DNA of 64,000 nucleotides, from NCBI GenBank assembly GCA_963819815.1, contig CAWFXL010000001.1:1248001-1312000 (forward strand). The letters are read 5' to 3'. The translations under genes were made by a program, and so were the position numbers. Shown here in pieces: positions 19,147-28,822 of the stretch. The DNA comes from an uncultured bacterium (GTDB lineage: Bacteria > Babelota > Babeliae > Babelales > Babelaceae). The notes beneath the pieces were generated by a model that searched no databases, was not told the origin of the DNA, and was given only the letters and a program-made list of their open reading frames with translations. Position 1 is the first letter of the stretch. Every line of letters begins with the position of its first letter.

Positions 19147-20130
19147 TTACGAAGGAGCTTCACATCTTTGAAGGGCTCGTTTTGTCTTATAATATGAAGA
19201 GCGAGGAATGTACTTCCCTTTAAGTTCTCTGTCATGTATAAACTCTGGAGGAAGGCCGCAAGGGGGGATATTGATCGTATATAAATTACGACAGGTCTCA
19301 TAGCCCCCATGAAGTGCTCTTTCATATATCATCTGTACAAGGCACGGAATATTCTTAATGAATCGAGAAAGCATGATGCCAAGATGCCCAGGGCTTTGGC
19401 GATCTTGGAGTACACGAGTTTGCATAATATTAGGGGCTGGATCAAAAGTTCTCGCTGACAAAAACGGTATCTTGGTGTCTGCAGGTGAGTACGCATAAGA
19501 TTCCCAATAGAGGCCTTGAGGATCTCCGATCTGAAGGAAATCTGAAGTTGAGTAGAAGGTGTATACCTCTTTGAAAATCGGTGCATGTATTAAATGTTTG
19601 GTAACAATCTGTACCGGCGGTGCCAGCATAATTAACCTATCAACCTTGAATGAACTATTTTGGTCTTGTTCTGCAAGGGATGCTAAATAGAGAGCAACGC
19701 TGCAGCCATGGCTGTGAGCCATAATAGTAAGGTGCCCCTTATGGTTTTTAATAACGTTATAAAGCCGCTCGGCCGCGTGTGTTCTTGAAGGGAAGTTGAG
19801 CCTTCCATGCCATCCATAAAAATAGAAGGTATCCAATGCAAATTCTTCGGGACACGCTATTGCGAGGGTATGCGCGATACGTGAGAGTACCGAGCTAACA
19901 TTAATTGTCGATGCCTGTACGACACCATACGGGTAATCAAGTTTATGTACTAATTTCGATATGATAGATTCTTTTGTTCCATGAATAAAAATTGTAGCCC
20001 GACCATCGGGAACTGGCCCTGCAAGAAATACCTTTCGTTGGTATAGTTTGCGTTTATTGTAGTAGTTGCTTTGCTTGCAACTAGGAATCAATAACGTGAT
20101 GATGCAAACAGTAAGAAGACGGGCATACAT
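19147..20130 (-). CDS. Exported alpha/beta hydrolase-fold protein (possible lipoprotein)
   Basis: FIHGT, AHSHG elbow, LAPPVQ; lipobox-like LIPSC. Confidence 0.75.
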   Translation of the reverse strand: MYARLLTVCIITLLIPSCKQSNYYNKRKLYQRKVFLAGPVPDGRATIFIHGTKESIISKLVHKLDYPYGVVQASTINVSSVLSRIAHTLAIACPEEFALDTFYFYGWHGRLNFPSRTHAAERLYNVIKNHKGHLTIMAHSHGCSVALYLASLAEQDQNSSFKVDRLIMLAPPVQIVTKHLIHAPIFKEVYTFYSTSDFLQIGDPQGLYWESYAYSPADTKIPFLSARTFDPAPNIMQTRVLQDRQSPGHLGIMLSRFIKNIPCLVQMIYERALHGGYETCRNLYTINIPPCGLPPEFIHDRELKGKYIPRSSYYKTKRALQRCEAPS

Positions 20131-20139
20131 GGTGTAAGG

Positions 20140-21093
20140 CTACTGCTTTCGTCGTTGCTTAGTACTCGGTTTGTGAGCTTTCATAATACGCCTTTCCTGT
20201 TTTTTTTCAATCAGATGAGGTAAGTGTCCTTGAAAGGGCACCTCAATGATAACGTGCTCACTGTTCCGAGCTTGAGGCGTATCGAGCAGTTTAAGAATAT
20301 GCGGTAACTGTCCAAAAAATGGTGGCAATATAAAATCTCTATGGCTTGGATTACGTTCTCCGAAGGTAATCTGTGCTTGGGTAAGGCGCGGCCCTGGCGC
20401 GTAGGCGCGCTTTGAAAAAAGTGGTAGCTTCTCCTTTCCCTTTCTCATTTCCTTGTTTATCCCTTGAGGATCTGCAACCTGTATGACATCTGCGATAGAA
20501 TAGCAGGAATATACTCTCTTAAAGTTGGGTGCATGCACGAGATGAGTGGTAGCTTCTTGGACCGGCGGTGCAAGGAGGATGAGCCGTTCTAGGGTAAGGG
20601 GTGAGACATTGCCAAGAGCATCTTTTTGTTCCGCACATTCAGCAAGATGCAAGGCAACATTGCATCCATGACTATGTGCAATAAGAGTGCAGGGACCTTT
20701 ATGATCCTTCAGGAGATTAAAAAGCTCTTGAGCGGCCTTTTTTCGTGCTGACAGGGTAAGCTCTCCGGACCAGTAAAACTTATAGTAACTTTCAAGGGGA
20801 AATTCGTTGGGAGCAGAGTTGTACAGTGCTCTTCCGAGCCGTTGTCGCGTAGTTAATCTTCGGGGATTTGCTGAATAGTGGTACAAACCGCGCCGCTTTT
20901 CATGGTGGCCCAAGAGGCGTGAGACGCCAGGGAAAACAGTTCCATGTATAAAGATTGTTATGCTGCCCTCTTTGAGTTGTGTACAGGGAGTATGGCAGGT
21001 ATCTAGAGGGGTTGTTTGCTTAGGGGCGCAATTGATCTTATGAGAGAGAGAAAAAAGGGTCGCATAGATAAAGATTCTGAATAGTTTTTGCAT
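20140..21093 (-). CDS. Exported alpha/beta hydrolase-fold protein, paralog of 19147-20130
   Basis: Signal peptide, FIHGT, AHSHG, LAPPVQ, DPQG. Confidence 0.75.
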   Translation of the reverse strand: MQKLFRIFIYATLFSLSHKINCAPKQTTPLDTCHTPCTQLKEGSITIFIHGTVFPGVSRLLGHHEKRRGLYHYSANPRRLTTRQRLGRALYNSAPNEFPLESYYKFYWSGELTLSARKKAAQELFNLLKDHKGPCTLIAHSHGCNVALHLAECAEQKDALGNVSPLTLERLILLAPPVQEATTHLVHAPNFKRVYSCYSIADVIQVADPQGINKEMRKGKEKLPLFSKRAYAPGPRLTQAQITFGERNPSHRDFILPPFFGQLPHILKLLDTPQARNSEHVIIEVPFQGHLPHLIEKKQERRIMKAHKPSTKQRRKQ

Positions 21094-21223
21094 GATAGTA
21101 TAAAGTATTAATTTGTGTTTATAGAGCTATTACCTAGATTAGTTTAAGCTAGAACACAAGAAAGCTCAAATCCCCGAGCATAGATCATCACGTATTGTTC
21201 TGTTATGAAAAGGAACTATTTCT

Positions 21224-21922
21224 ATGGAAAATGACGACACTACTTCTAGACAGTCAACAAAGGAGAGGCTCTTACAAGAGTATAAGCAACTAATAACTCC
21301 TGAGAGACGCGTTTTACTAGAATCGCGTATACAAGAGAGGACCCGCTATATTACGGTGGTGCTTGAAGATCTGTATCAAGCACATAATTTGAGCGCAATA
21401 GTTCGCACGTGTGATTGTTTTGGTATCCAGGATGTCCATATTATTGAAGAAAGACATCAATTTAGTCTTTCTAAAGGCATCGTAAAAGGGGCGGAGCAAT
21501 GGCTTTCTCTTAAGCGCTATAGAGTGCGACAATCTCAGGATATCGGTGAGAATTTTGCACAGCTGCGCAACAATGGCTATACGATTGTTGCAACAACTCC
21601 CCACAAGAATGATACCCTCATTAGTGAATTGCCTCTTGATAAAAAAGTAGCGTTGGTTTTTGGTACTGAACGAGAAGGACTTAGCGCCTATGCCCTTGAG
21701 CATGCAGATGCCTTTGTAAAAGTCCCACTTTATGGGTTTACTGAGAGTTTTAATGTTTCAGTGTGTGCTGGCATTGTCCTGTACGAGCTTACTCGAAGGC
21801 TGCGGCAGTCGGAAATCGACTGGCATCTAAGCGATGAAGAACGTATCGATGTGCAGCTCCAATGGTTGATACGGACGACTCCATTTGGAGATATCCTTAA
21901 GAAAAAGCTTGAGTTGCTTTAA
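21224..21922 (+). CDS. TrmH/SpoU family RNA 2'-O-methyltransferase
   Basis: HNLSAIVRTCD, VFGTEREGLS, PLYGFTESFNVSV. Confidence 0.93.
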   Translation: MENDDTTSRQSTKERLLQEYKQLITPERRVLLESRIQERTRYITVVLEDLYQAHNLSAIVRTCDCFGIQDVHIIEERHQFSLSKGIVKGAEQWLSLKRYRVRQSQDIGENFAQLRNNGYTIVATTPHKNDTLISELPLDKKVALVFGTEREGLSAYALEHADAFVKVPLYGFTESFNVSVCAGIVLYELTRRLRQSEIDWHLSDEERIDVQLQWLIRTTPFGDILKKKLELL

Positions 21923-22026
21923 CGGCCAAACCTTGGAGGATTGTTTTTCTAGGGCACTTTCTACAAAGACCGGTCTCAATTCTAAGCACTCAGCTCATCT
22001 ATGGAATATTTTTATAGATTATATGT

Positions 22027-22200
22027 ATGAGAAAACACGTTCAGGAGTGCGTTGGCCAATTTGTACCTCTTTTTTTGAAACCTATTCTGAAGTAAGGGTG
22101 GCAAAGAGTTTAAGAAAGGCGCTTGGATTAACTACCAAAAGAGTAGGGTCCAGTCTATAAAGCAGAAACTGTAGCCATTGTAAGTTGCATATTCTACCCT
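22027..22200 (+). pseudogene. Decayed copy of mobile mystery protein A
   Basis: MRKHVQECVGQFVPLFLKPILK*GWQRV / RKALGLTT----KRVGSS aligns with MRNQVQDTIDQFGSLALQPVPKVGWLRIVRKALGLTTLQLAKRVGSS of 23934-24410; has a stop, a frameshift and deletions. Confidence 0.8.
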
Positions 22201-22260
22201 TTTTTGATGAAGGAGTGGTTAATATGACTTTGTCCATATCCTATGCATTTTCTAATTCTT

Positions 22261-23496
22261 CTATTTCTTTGACAATTCGAGCTCTTTATTTTTCTTTGCT
22301 TCGCGCCGCAATTCTTTCATTTTTTCATTTTCTCTCTCGAGACGTTGAATTTCTTTTCGCAACTTCATTTTTTTAATTTCTGGTGCGAGATCAAGAACTG
22401 TTTCTAATTCTTCTCGAGAAAGGGGTAGTTTAGCCAGATCATTCACTTTATCATTCACCTTCATCGACATAAAATTGATCGTACCATCATCATCAGACAA
22501 TTCTGCTTGGATTTGCTGCATAAATTTAACTATTGCTCGTACGTGCCAATGTCCAGCGTAAAAAACTCCTAGCTTAGCAGAACGCGGAGTCATAAAAGCA
22601 TTCAGGCTATCGATTATCCAGGGCAAATTAACTATCGCATAGTACTGTTCGGAAAAAGCGTCAATTGTATGAGCAAAACTTCTGGTGACCATATCAATTA
22701 TTTTTTTCTGTTCAGCTGCAGGTAAGGTTGAAAAACTTTCTACCAAACCGGGATACTGACTGCGAGCATAGTTGTAAATAATTTTCAGGATTGATGTATT
22801 ATTAAGAGGATTGCCAGAAGCATAACGGTTAAAAAACTCTGTAAGAGCTTTTTTTGCAATCAATGCGCTTTCTATTTTTTCATTCAGTATCTTCTTAGCT
22901 GCTTGGTATAATGTATCAGGCAGTTCTCGTGAAGCTCTTTCAAGAAATCTCGCGTATCGATCAAGTATGGTTTGATTGTCTTTTTCAAACGAAGAAAGCA
23001 GATCTCTTTTATAAAGAAATTCCCCATTGCTTTCTAACGATCTACGTACCGAATCTTGCAAGAGGCTTTTTAAAAAAATATCCCACACGTAACTGTTGCG
23101 AGGATCGCTCGTTTCAAAATGTATCGCACCCTTAAGACCTTCTTCTTCTTTGAGATTATCCATAAGAATACGTAACTTTGTGATTACCTTTGTAGCTTCC
23201 TGCCGTTCTTTTAGAGTGTCTTCATCTAGCCTATGATAGAATGCTTGAGTCTCGGCTACAGTTTCGAGGTTTAAAAGAGCCCTACCCGGTTGTTGGGCGA
23301 CCACTTTTAGAAAGGAGCGTAGAGTATCGTACTGATCTAAATCATTGATTGTACGTTCATGACGATCGCCAAGGAGTATAAGCGTTCCAAGGCCATCAAT
23401 CTTAATCCTGTATCCTGAAATAATAGCTGCATTTAGCTGGTGTAGGGGAAGGACCACTATAATGAATCTAAATATAAGTCTGGTGAAGGTTATCAT
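22261..23496 (-). CDS. Secreted protein, possible TIKI/EreA/ChaN-like fold, with basic coiled-coil tail
   Basis: Signal peptide; LLGDRH...LNLE...DPR...FYAGHWH; Lys/Glu-rich C-terminus. Confidence 0.6.
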   Translation of the reverse strand: MITFTRLIFRFIIVVLPLHQLNAAIISGYRIKIDGLGTLILLGDRHERTINDLDQYDTLRSFLKVVAQQPGRALLNLETVAETQAFYHRLDEDTLKERQEATKVITKLRILMDNLKEEEGLKGAIHFETSDPRNSYVWDIFLKSLLQDSVRRSLESNGEFLYKRDLLSSFEKDNQTILDRYARFLERASRELPDTLYQAAKKILNEKIESALIAKKALTEFFNRYASGNPLNNTSILKIIYNYARSQYPGLVESFSTLPAAEQKKIIDMVTRSFAHTIDAFSEQYYAIVNLPWIIDSLNAFMTPRSAKLGVFYAGHWHVRAIVKFMQQIQAELSDDDGTINFMSMKVNDKVNDLAKLPLSREELETVLDLAPEIKKMKLRKEIQRLERENEKMKELRREAKKNKELELSKK

Positions 23497-23806
23497 AACT
23501 AGTATTTCCTTTCAAAATCCCATTAGTGCCTGCTATTGCTATAGTCTGGGTTAAGTTTTCAGAGCCAATTATATTTTCTTATTATACAAACTCTAAACTG
23601 TCTTCTTTTAACAAAGAAAGAGGATGGTAGATCTAGAGTGTCACACATGGTATTAAAAGTCAAATATTTATCAATCAACATTTTCAAATAGTGCAACTTG
23701 TGGACGCATGCTTTTCGTTTTGCTGGAGTGAAGGAATTGCGCAGATTACATGGGAACTTCAAGGGCTGTACGAACGACTCCCGTTAAGAAAAGCTTGATG
23801 TAAATT

Positions 23807-23931
23807 TATAACCTATAGGTTATATTTGTGAACTATTTTATAACTTATGGGTTATAAATATTGACATTTTGCTGCAATAAATATAACTTATAGGTTATAT
23901 TTATGAACCATTTTATAACTTATAGGTTGTT
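23807..23931. promoter_or_regulatory. Four 18-bp palindromic operator-like boxes around a TTGACA hexamer
   Basis: TATAACYTATRGGTTATA-like boxes start at 23807, 23839, 23882 and 23914; TTGACA at 23861-23866. Confidence 0.85.
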
Positions 23932-23933
23932 TT

Positions 23934-24410
23934 ATGAAAAAGTCTTTTAAAAAATTAATGCGTAATCAAGTTCAGGATACCATTGATCAATTTGGGTCAC
24001 TTGCTTTACAGCCTGTTCCAAAGGTAGGCTGGCTACGTATTGTGAGAAAGGCTCTAGGTTTAACTACGCTGCAACTGGCGAAGAGGGTAGGGTCAAGCCA
24101 AGCAAATATCACAAAGGCAGAAAAAAATGAATCGGAAGGTAGTATTAGTTTAAAGACGCTAGCACGTATTGCCGAGGCTATGAATTGTAAGTTTGTATAT
24201 TGCATTGTGCCTATTAAGCCTATAGAAACTATATTAGAAGAGCGGGCAAAGCGCATTGCTAAAAAACGTATTCAAGTTATAAATCATTCGATGAGCCTGG
24301 AATTGCAAGGTCTTACACCTGAGCAGTTGAAAGCTCAAGAGGAAAATCTGGTGGACGAGTTGCTTGCGGGGAATCTTAAAAAACTATGGGAAGATGATTA
24401 TGAGGTTTAA
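23934..24410 (+). CDS. Mobile mystery protein A (XRE-family HTH)
   Basis: GWLRIVRKALGLT, HTH, AEAMNCKFVY, HSMSLELQ, KKLWE; paired with a Fic gene. Confidence 0.9.
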   Translation: MKKSFKKLMRNQVQDTIDQFGSLALQPVPKVGWLRIVRKALGLTTLQLAKRVGSSQANITKAEKNESEGSISLKTLARIAEAMNCKFVYCIVPIKPIETILEERAKRIAKKRIQVINHSMSLELQGLTPEQLKAQEENLVDELLAGNLKKLWEDDYEV

Positions 24411-24897
24411 GAATTACAACGGAGCAACTCCACTTGATCCTGTTGAGTTACATGAGCTCATTCCAGAGCACCTTGTTACGCAAGAGGAGCTAAATGCCTG
24501 GGAAGAAAAAAATATTCTAAAGGCGAGGCAATGGGCTGGAAGATTTCGAATATCAGAAAGGAATCTTGGTATAAATTGGCACGCAATTGCCGCTGAAGTA
24601 AAAAAGCTCTGTGATGACACACATTTTCAGCTAGCCCACGCTACTTTTAATGATGATGAGGTAGCTGTAAGGTTTCACCACCGGTTAGTTTGGATTCATC
24701 CATTTCCCAATGGTAACGGTCGGCATGCGCGTTTAATGGCAGACCTGCTTATTGTGCAGCTCGGACATCTACCATTTAGCTGGGGATTGTATCAGAAACT
24801 GTCAAGTCCTACTCCAATTAGAAAGCATTATATTGAGGCATTGCAGTTAGCTGATCGAGGTGACTTTTCGAAAATACTTGCTTTTGCCCGATCTTAG
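24400..24897 (+). CDS. Mobile mystery protein B (Fic domain), apparently with an internal deletion
   Basis: GATPLDP, ELNAWEEKNI, intact Fic motif HPFPNGNGRHAR, FARS* end. Confidence 0.88.
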   Translation: MRFKNYNGATPLDPVELHELIPEHLVTQEELNAWEEKNILKARQWAGRFRISERNLGINWHAIAAEVKKLCDDTHFQLAHATFNDDEVAVRFHHRLVWIHPFPNGNGRHARLMADLLIVQLGHLPFSWGLYQKLSSPTPIRKHYIEALQLADRGDFSKILAFARS

Positions 24898-24925
24898 CAA
24901 TAACTTCAGCTGCTGGTACAAATTT

Positions 24926-24967
24926 CCATATGGGGATTCAATTAAGAAAAAGCTTGAATTGCTTTAG
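24926..24967 (+). repeat. Orphan duplicate of the trmH-family gene 3' end
   Basis: PYGDSIKKKLELL* versus PFGDILKKKLELL*; 34/42 nt identical; its stop overlaps the ybeY stop. Confidence 0.85.
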
Positions 24968-25428
24968 CGTTGCAATCTTCCGGGCAGCTTTTTCAAAATA
25001 GAATCTTCTCGGGCTTGCATAACAGCGTATTGTTCATCGGTTTCATGGTCATAGCCAAGTAAGTGACAAATCCCATGAATAGTAAGAATCATCAGACGAT
25101 GTTCATAGGTAACTCCCAAGTTCTTTGCTGAATGCACGATATATTCTGGGGAAAGGATAAGATCGCCGAGATTTTTTTCATCCTCGTGAGTAGTCGCTAT
25201 TTTCGTGCCGGGGGTGGTGTGTGGGTGATAGGCGAATGATAATATATCAGTAGGACCTTTTTTATATCGGTACGTTTCATTATACCGTTGTATTGTTCTA
25301 TTCGTGGTTATGAGAATTCCAATGTCAAAATCTTGATAGGTAAGTATCGTGAGTATCTCTGTGATAAGCTCAGTAAGCCACTGTTCATCAAGAGGAACTT
25401 TTCGTTGGCGATTGATAAGTGTAATCAT
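24964..25428 (-). CDS. ybeY: rRNA maturation RNase YbeY
   Basis: PTDILSF, LGDLILS, HGICHLLGYDH. Confidence 0.95.
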   Translation of the reverse strand: MITLINRQRKVPLDEQWLTELITEILTILTYQDFDIGILITTNRTIQRYNETYRYKKGPTDILSFAYHPHTTPGTKIATTHEDEKNLGDLILSPEYIVHSAKNLGVTYEHRLMILTIHGICHLLGYDHETDEQYAVMQAREDSILKKLPGRLQR

Positions 25429-27882
25429 ATGCTCAAGGTAGCTTTCCAGGTACCATTCTCTTCTGAAAGCTGAGGTGCTAGAGTATCAGGTACAAACGTT
25501 ATGCTCGCAGCTTTGCTAATACCTTTAATAAGGGCACCATTCTTTTGTAGCTGCTGTCGTAATGCAGCATCTTGGCATCCGATTGTAAGCGTCGTTAAAT
25601 CTGTTTTTAAGGACAGCTGCTGTTCAGATTTGAGCTTTCTAACCATCGCTATAACGTCAATAATATGACCCATGATCTGAGCTGACTCAGGATAGTCAAA
25701 TGCTTTCTGATACGCAGCAAACTTGGTCATATGAAGAGAAGGGCTTGCAACTTCTTTTTGGTAGAGCTCTCCGTAGAGTGCTTCGGTAACATGCGGTACG
25801 AAAGGAGCATAAAGCTGCAAGATACGTAATCCTATATGAGAGAGTGTCCAACGGGTTGCTTGCACTTCCTCTTGGGGATAGGTATCAGGATTGAGTAGTT
25901 GATCCTTACTAATTTCTACGAAGTTATCACAAAAATCATGCCAGAAAAACTGTTCAATAGTTGCAAGTGCTAAGCTAAATTCATATTCCTCAAAGTACTG
26001 CTCATACTTTCTTTGGCAGGTACTCATACTGTTGAGTAACCATTCATTCGAGACACCAAGACTTTTGGGTGCTGGAGCCTTCAGAGAAACGCCTTGGATA
26101 TGAGGTTCAATAAATCTAAAAGCATTCCAGAGCTTAACGAGGAGTTTGAGTCCGATCTTTATCTGATTTTCTGAAAATGAGATATCATGGCCAAGCCCGC
26201 CTGATGCAGTCCAATAGCGTAGAGCATCTGCAGGATAGTGCTTTAAGAGCTGTTCGGGAGTTAAGGGGGTATTCCCTTGTGATTTTGAGATTTTCTCTTT
26301 TTGCGGAGATAGTACATGTCCTGATATAACAATAGTTTTCCAGGGGATCGACTCATTGTGAAGCCATGATTTAACGATAGTATCGAATGCCCAGGTTCGA
26401 ATAATATCATGAGCTTGTGGGCGCATAGTCATGGGAATAAAGCTTTGTGCCGATTCTTCAAAGATGCTGGGCGTTAAAGGCATACGCAAGCTTGCACAAA
26501 TGTAGGGTGTTAGGCTTGACGTATTCCAAGTATCCATAACATCTGTATCGGGCGCAAATGAGGTTCCTCCACACGAACAGGTACCCTGGAATGGAATTTC
26601 CTGGGGATCTATGGGCAGTTGGTCTTCTTGTGCAAGGACTACTTCTTTACACTGGGTACAATGCCATACGGGAAATGCTATCCCATAAAATCTTTGGCGC
26701 GAGAGGCACCAATCCCAGCTGATGTTTTCTACCCAATTTACGTATCGTGCTTTCATGAATGATGGGTACCACTCAACTTTTTCTCCTACCTGAATAAATG
26801 TTTCTTTGTGGGGCAATAGGGCGAGAAACCATTGTGGTAATACCAGATATTCGATCTCTTTTTTGCAGCGTTCATGAACATTGACCGTTTGCTTATGTGG
26901 CTGTTGTCTTCTAAGTGAGCCTTCTTTTTCAAGAAGTTCAAGAATAGCAGCTCGTGCTGCGGGAACGCGCATTCCTTCAAGAGGACCAGCTGCAGCACTA
27001 AGTTTACCATCAAGGCCGATGATCGGCTTATATTTAAAGTGATGTGTCTTAAACCAGATCACATCAGTCTTATCACCAAAAGTTGAGCACATTACGAGCC
27101 CCGTTCCCTTTTCAGGATTTACCAAAGGGTCAGCTATAAGGGGAACTTCGAACTTATAGTAAGGAACCGTCGCCTTCCTTCCTGCAAGATGCTGAAAGCG
27201 TGGATCGTCTGGATGATATAAAACGGCAGTTACGCGCAGCAAGTAATTCGGGTCTCGTCGTAGCAATGATAAGCTCATCACCATCTGCCGTGAAAACAAG
27301 GTCATTGAATGTTGTCTCTTTTTCAAGATCATCCAGTTCTGCTTGTGCAACCGTCGTGCGACAGGTGGTGCAATAGAGTGCCGGCTCATCCTTTCGATAG
27401 ATATGGCCTTTTTTGTAGAGCTTGATAAATGAAAGCTGTGAAATATAGCGCGACCGCTCATCAATTGTTGAGTAGCATGCTTTCCAGTCTACTGAGAGTC
27501 CGATGGAGCGCCATAAGGTTTCAAACTGTTTTTCTACCTCGGTTGTTTCCTTAAGACATAAAGCAATAAACTCTGAGCGCTTCAAGGAATATGCTTGTAC
27601 ATCAAGTTTTTTTTCAACGTATTTCTCGGTGGGAAGACCATTGTCGTCAAAACCAAAAGGATAGAAAACGCTATTGCCCTTCATCCGAGCATACCGTGCG
27701 ATTATATCGGTCTGTGTATAGGAAAACAGATGTCCAATATGTAAAGAACCAGAGACTGTAGGTGGGGGAGTATCGATCGAATATAAAGGCCCTGGATTAT
27801 TTTCAGTACTATATACCTTATGGGCTTCCCATAACTTTTGTGCTTCGGGTTCTGCTTTCAAATGATCGTAATTTTTTTCCAT
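25425..27882 (-). CDS. valS: Valine--tRNA ligase (archaeal/type 2), split by a one-base frameshift near 27235
   Basis: DTPPPTVSGSLHIGH, ATTRPELL, DWCLSRQR, MRPQAHDII, KISKS; span 2458 nt = 3n+1. Confidence 0.93.
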
Positions 27883-28052
27883 AGTATCTCAGATAGGGTA
27901 GGCGTTTTCGTATTCTTACTAAGGATATCGTACTGGGAGAATTTGACTAGCCATTCCAATTTCATTGCACAATTTGACAATAAAATTAGCAATGTTACAT
28001 TTATAAAAGTATTATGCGAAATAATAACCGTACCTAACAGAAAGATCGGACC

Positions 28053-28646
28053 ATGAATGCTAAACTATGTGCCTTGCTTTTAACTGTAGCAGCTGTTTCT
28101 TCGACATATTCGATGAATGACGTAAAGGCAATACCTGTTCCACCAACAAGCACCCATCCAAGCGAAAAATCAAATTTTATACTTGAGGATGAAGTAAAAA
28201 AGTTATTCTACCAACCTGCGGCCCTGCGAGAGTTGGCCGAGCCAAATAAGAGAGAGCTCTATAGAGCATGTCTGCAGCAAATTATTGAGAACCCTCAAAT
28301 GGTACATCAAGATATGCCCGACGCAATCAAGAAATTTCCTCTTTATGTGGCCATTCTTCACCTAGCTCAAGAACACGTATCCTGGGCTATGATCAGGGCT
28401 TTTGGCCTTGAAAGAGAGAAGAATGCTTTGGTACAAAAAGAAGCGGATCGTAATGTAGAGCGCAGTGTTGTATCGGAGCTAGAAAATGCTTACCAGGCCA
28501 AGTTCGACAAAAAATTGGCGGACTTTCCTAAAGATGCAGAGAATGAGCTCATTATTAGAGCTAGCACTGAAGCTGCTAAGGTGATGCTCAACTTTCTTGT
28601 GTCTATGCCACCGCTGACTTTATTTACAATTCGTGGATCTCATTGA
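28053..28646 (+). CDS. Secreted hypothetical protein, tandem paralog A
   Basis: Signal peptide ending STYS|M; about 76% identical to paralog B by manual count. Confidence 0.85.
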   Translation: MNAKLCALLLTVAAVSSTYSMNDVKAIPVPPTSTHPSEKSNFILEDEVKKLFYQPAALRELAEPNKRELYRACLQQIIENPQMVHQDMPDAIKKFPLYVAILHLAQEHVSWAMIRAFGLEREKNALVQKEADRNVERSVVSELENAYQAKFDKKLADFPKDAENELIIRASTEAAKVMLNFLVSMPPLTLFTIRGSH

Positions 28647-28822
28647 TGGGTTAACGGGGAAACGATTTTTCGAAAGTTTGACTATCATGGGTTTGATTAG
28701 ATCTTTGCTTTGCCCTTTCCAATCCCATTGTACAATTTGACAATAAAGTTACTAGTGATACATCTATAGAAGTATTATGTGAATAATAATGGCTTTTACC
28801 TCAATACCGGAAAGAACGGTCT

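Larger units (their letters stand above)
21923..24925. mobile_element. Integrase-free accessory islet in the 3' end of the trmH-family gene
   Basis: Bounded by diverged copies of the last 14 codons (21881-21922 and 24926-24967); carries mobile mystery A/B. Confidence 0.65.

Noticed and set aside
21885..22160. 91-aa ORF after the trmH-family gene
   Set aside because: Chance read-through across the mobile mystery A relic, not a gene
23807..23931. Possible mini-CRISPR array
   Set aside because: Repeats are 18 bp with gaps of only 14-25 bp, two of the gaps resemble each other, and no cas genes are present; better explained as operators
25425..27464. Separate 679-aa protein as listed in the ORF track
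   Set aside because: Its first ~75 aa are out-of-frame translation; it is the 3' part of valS
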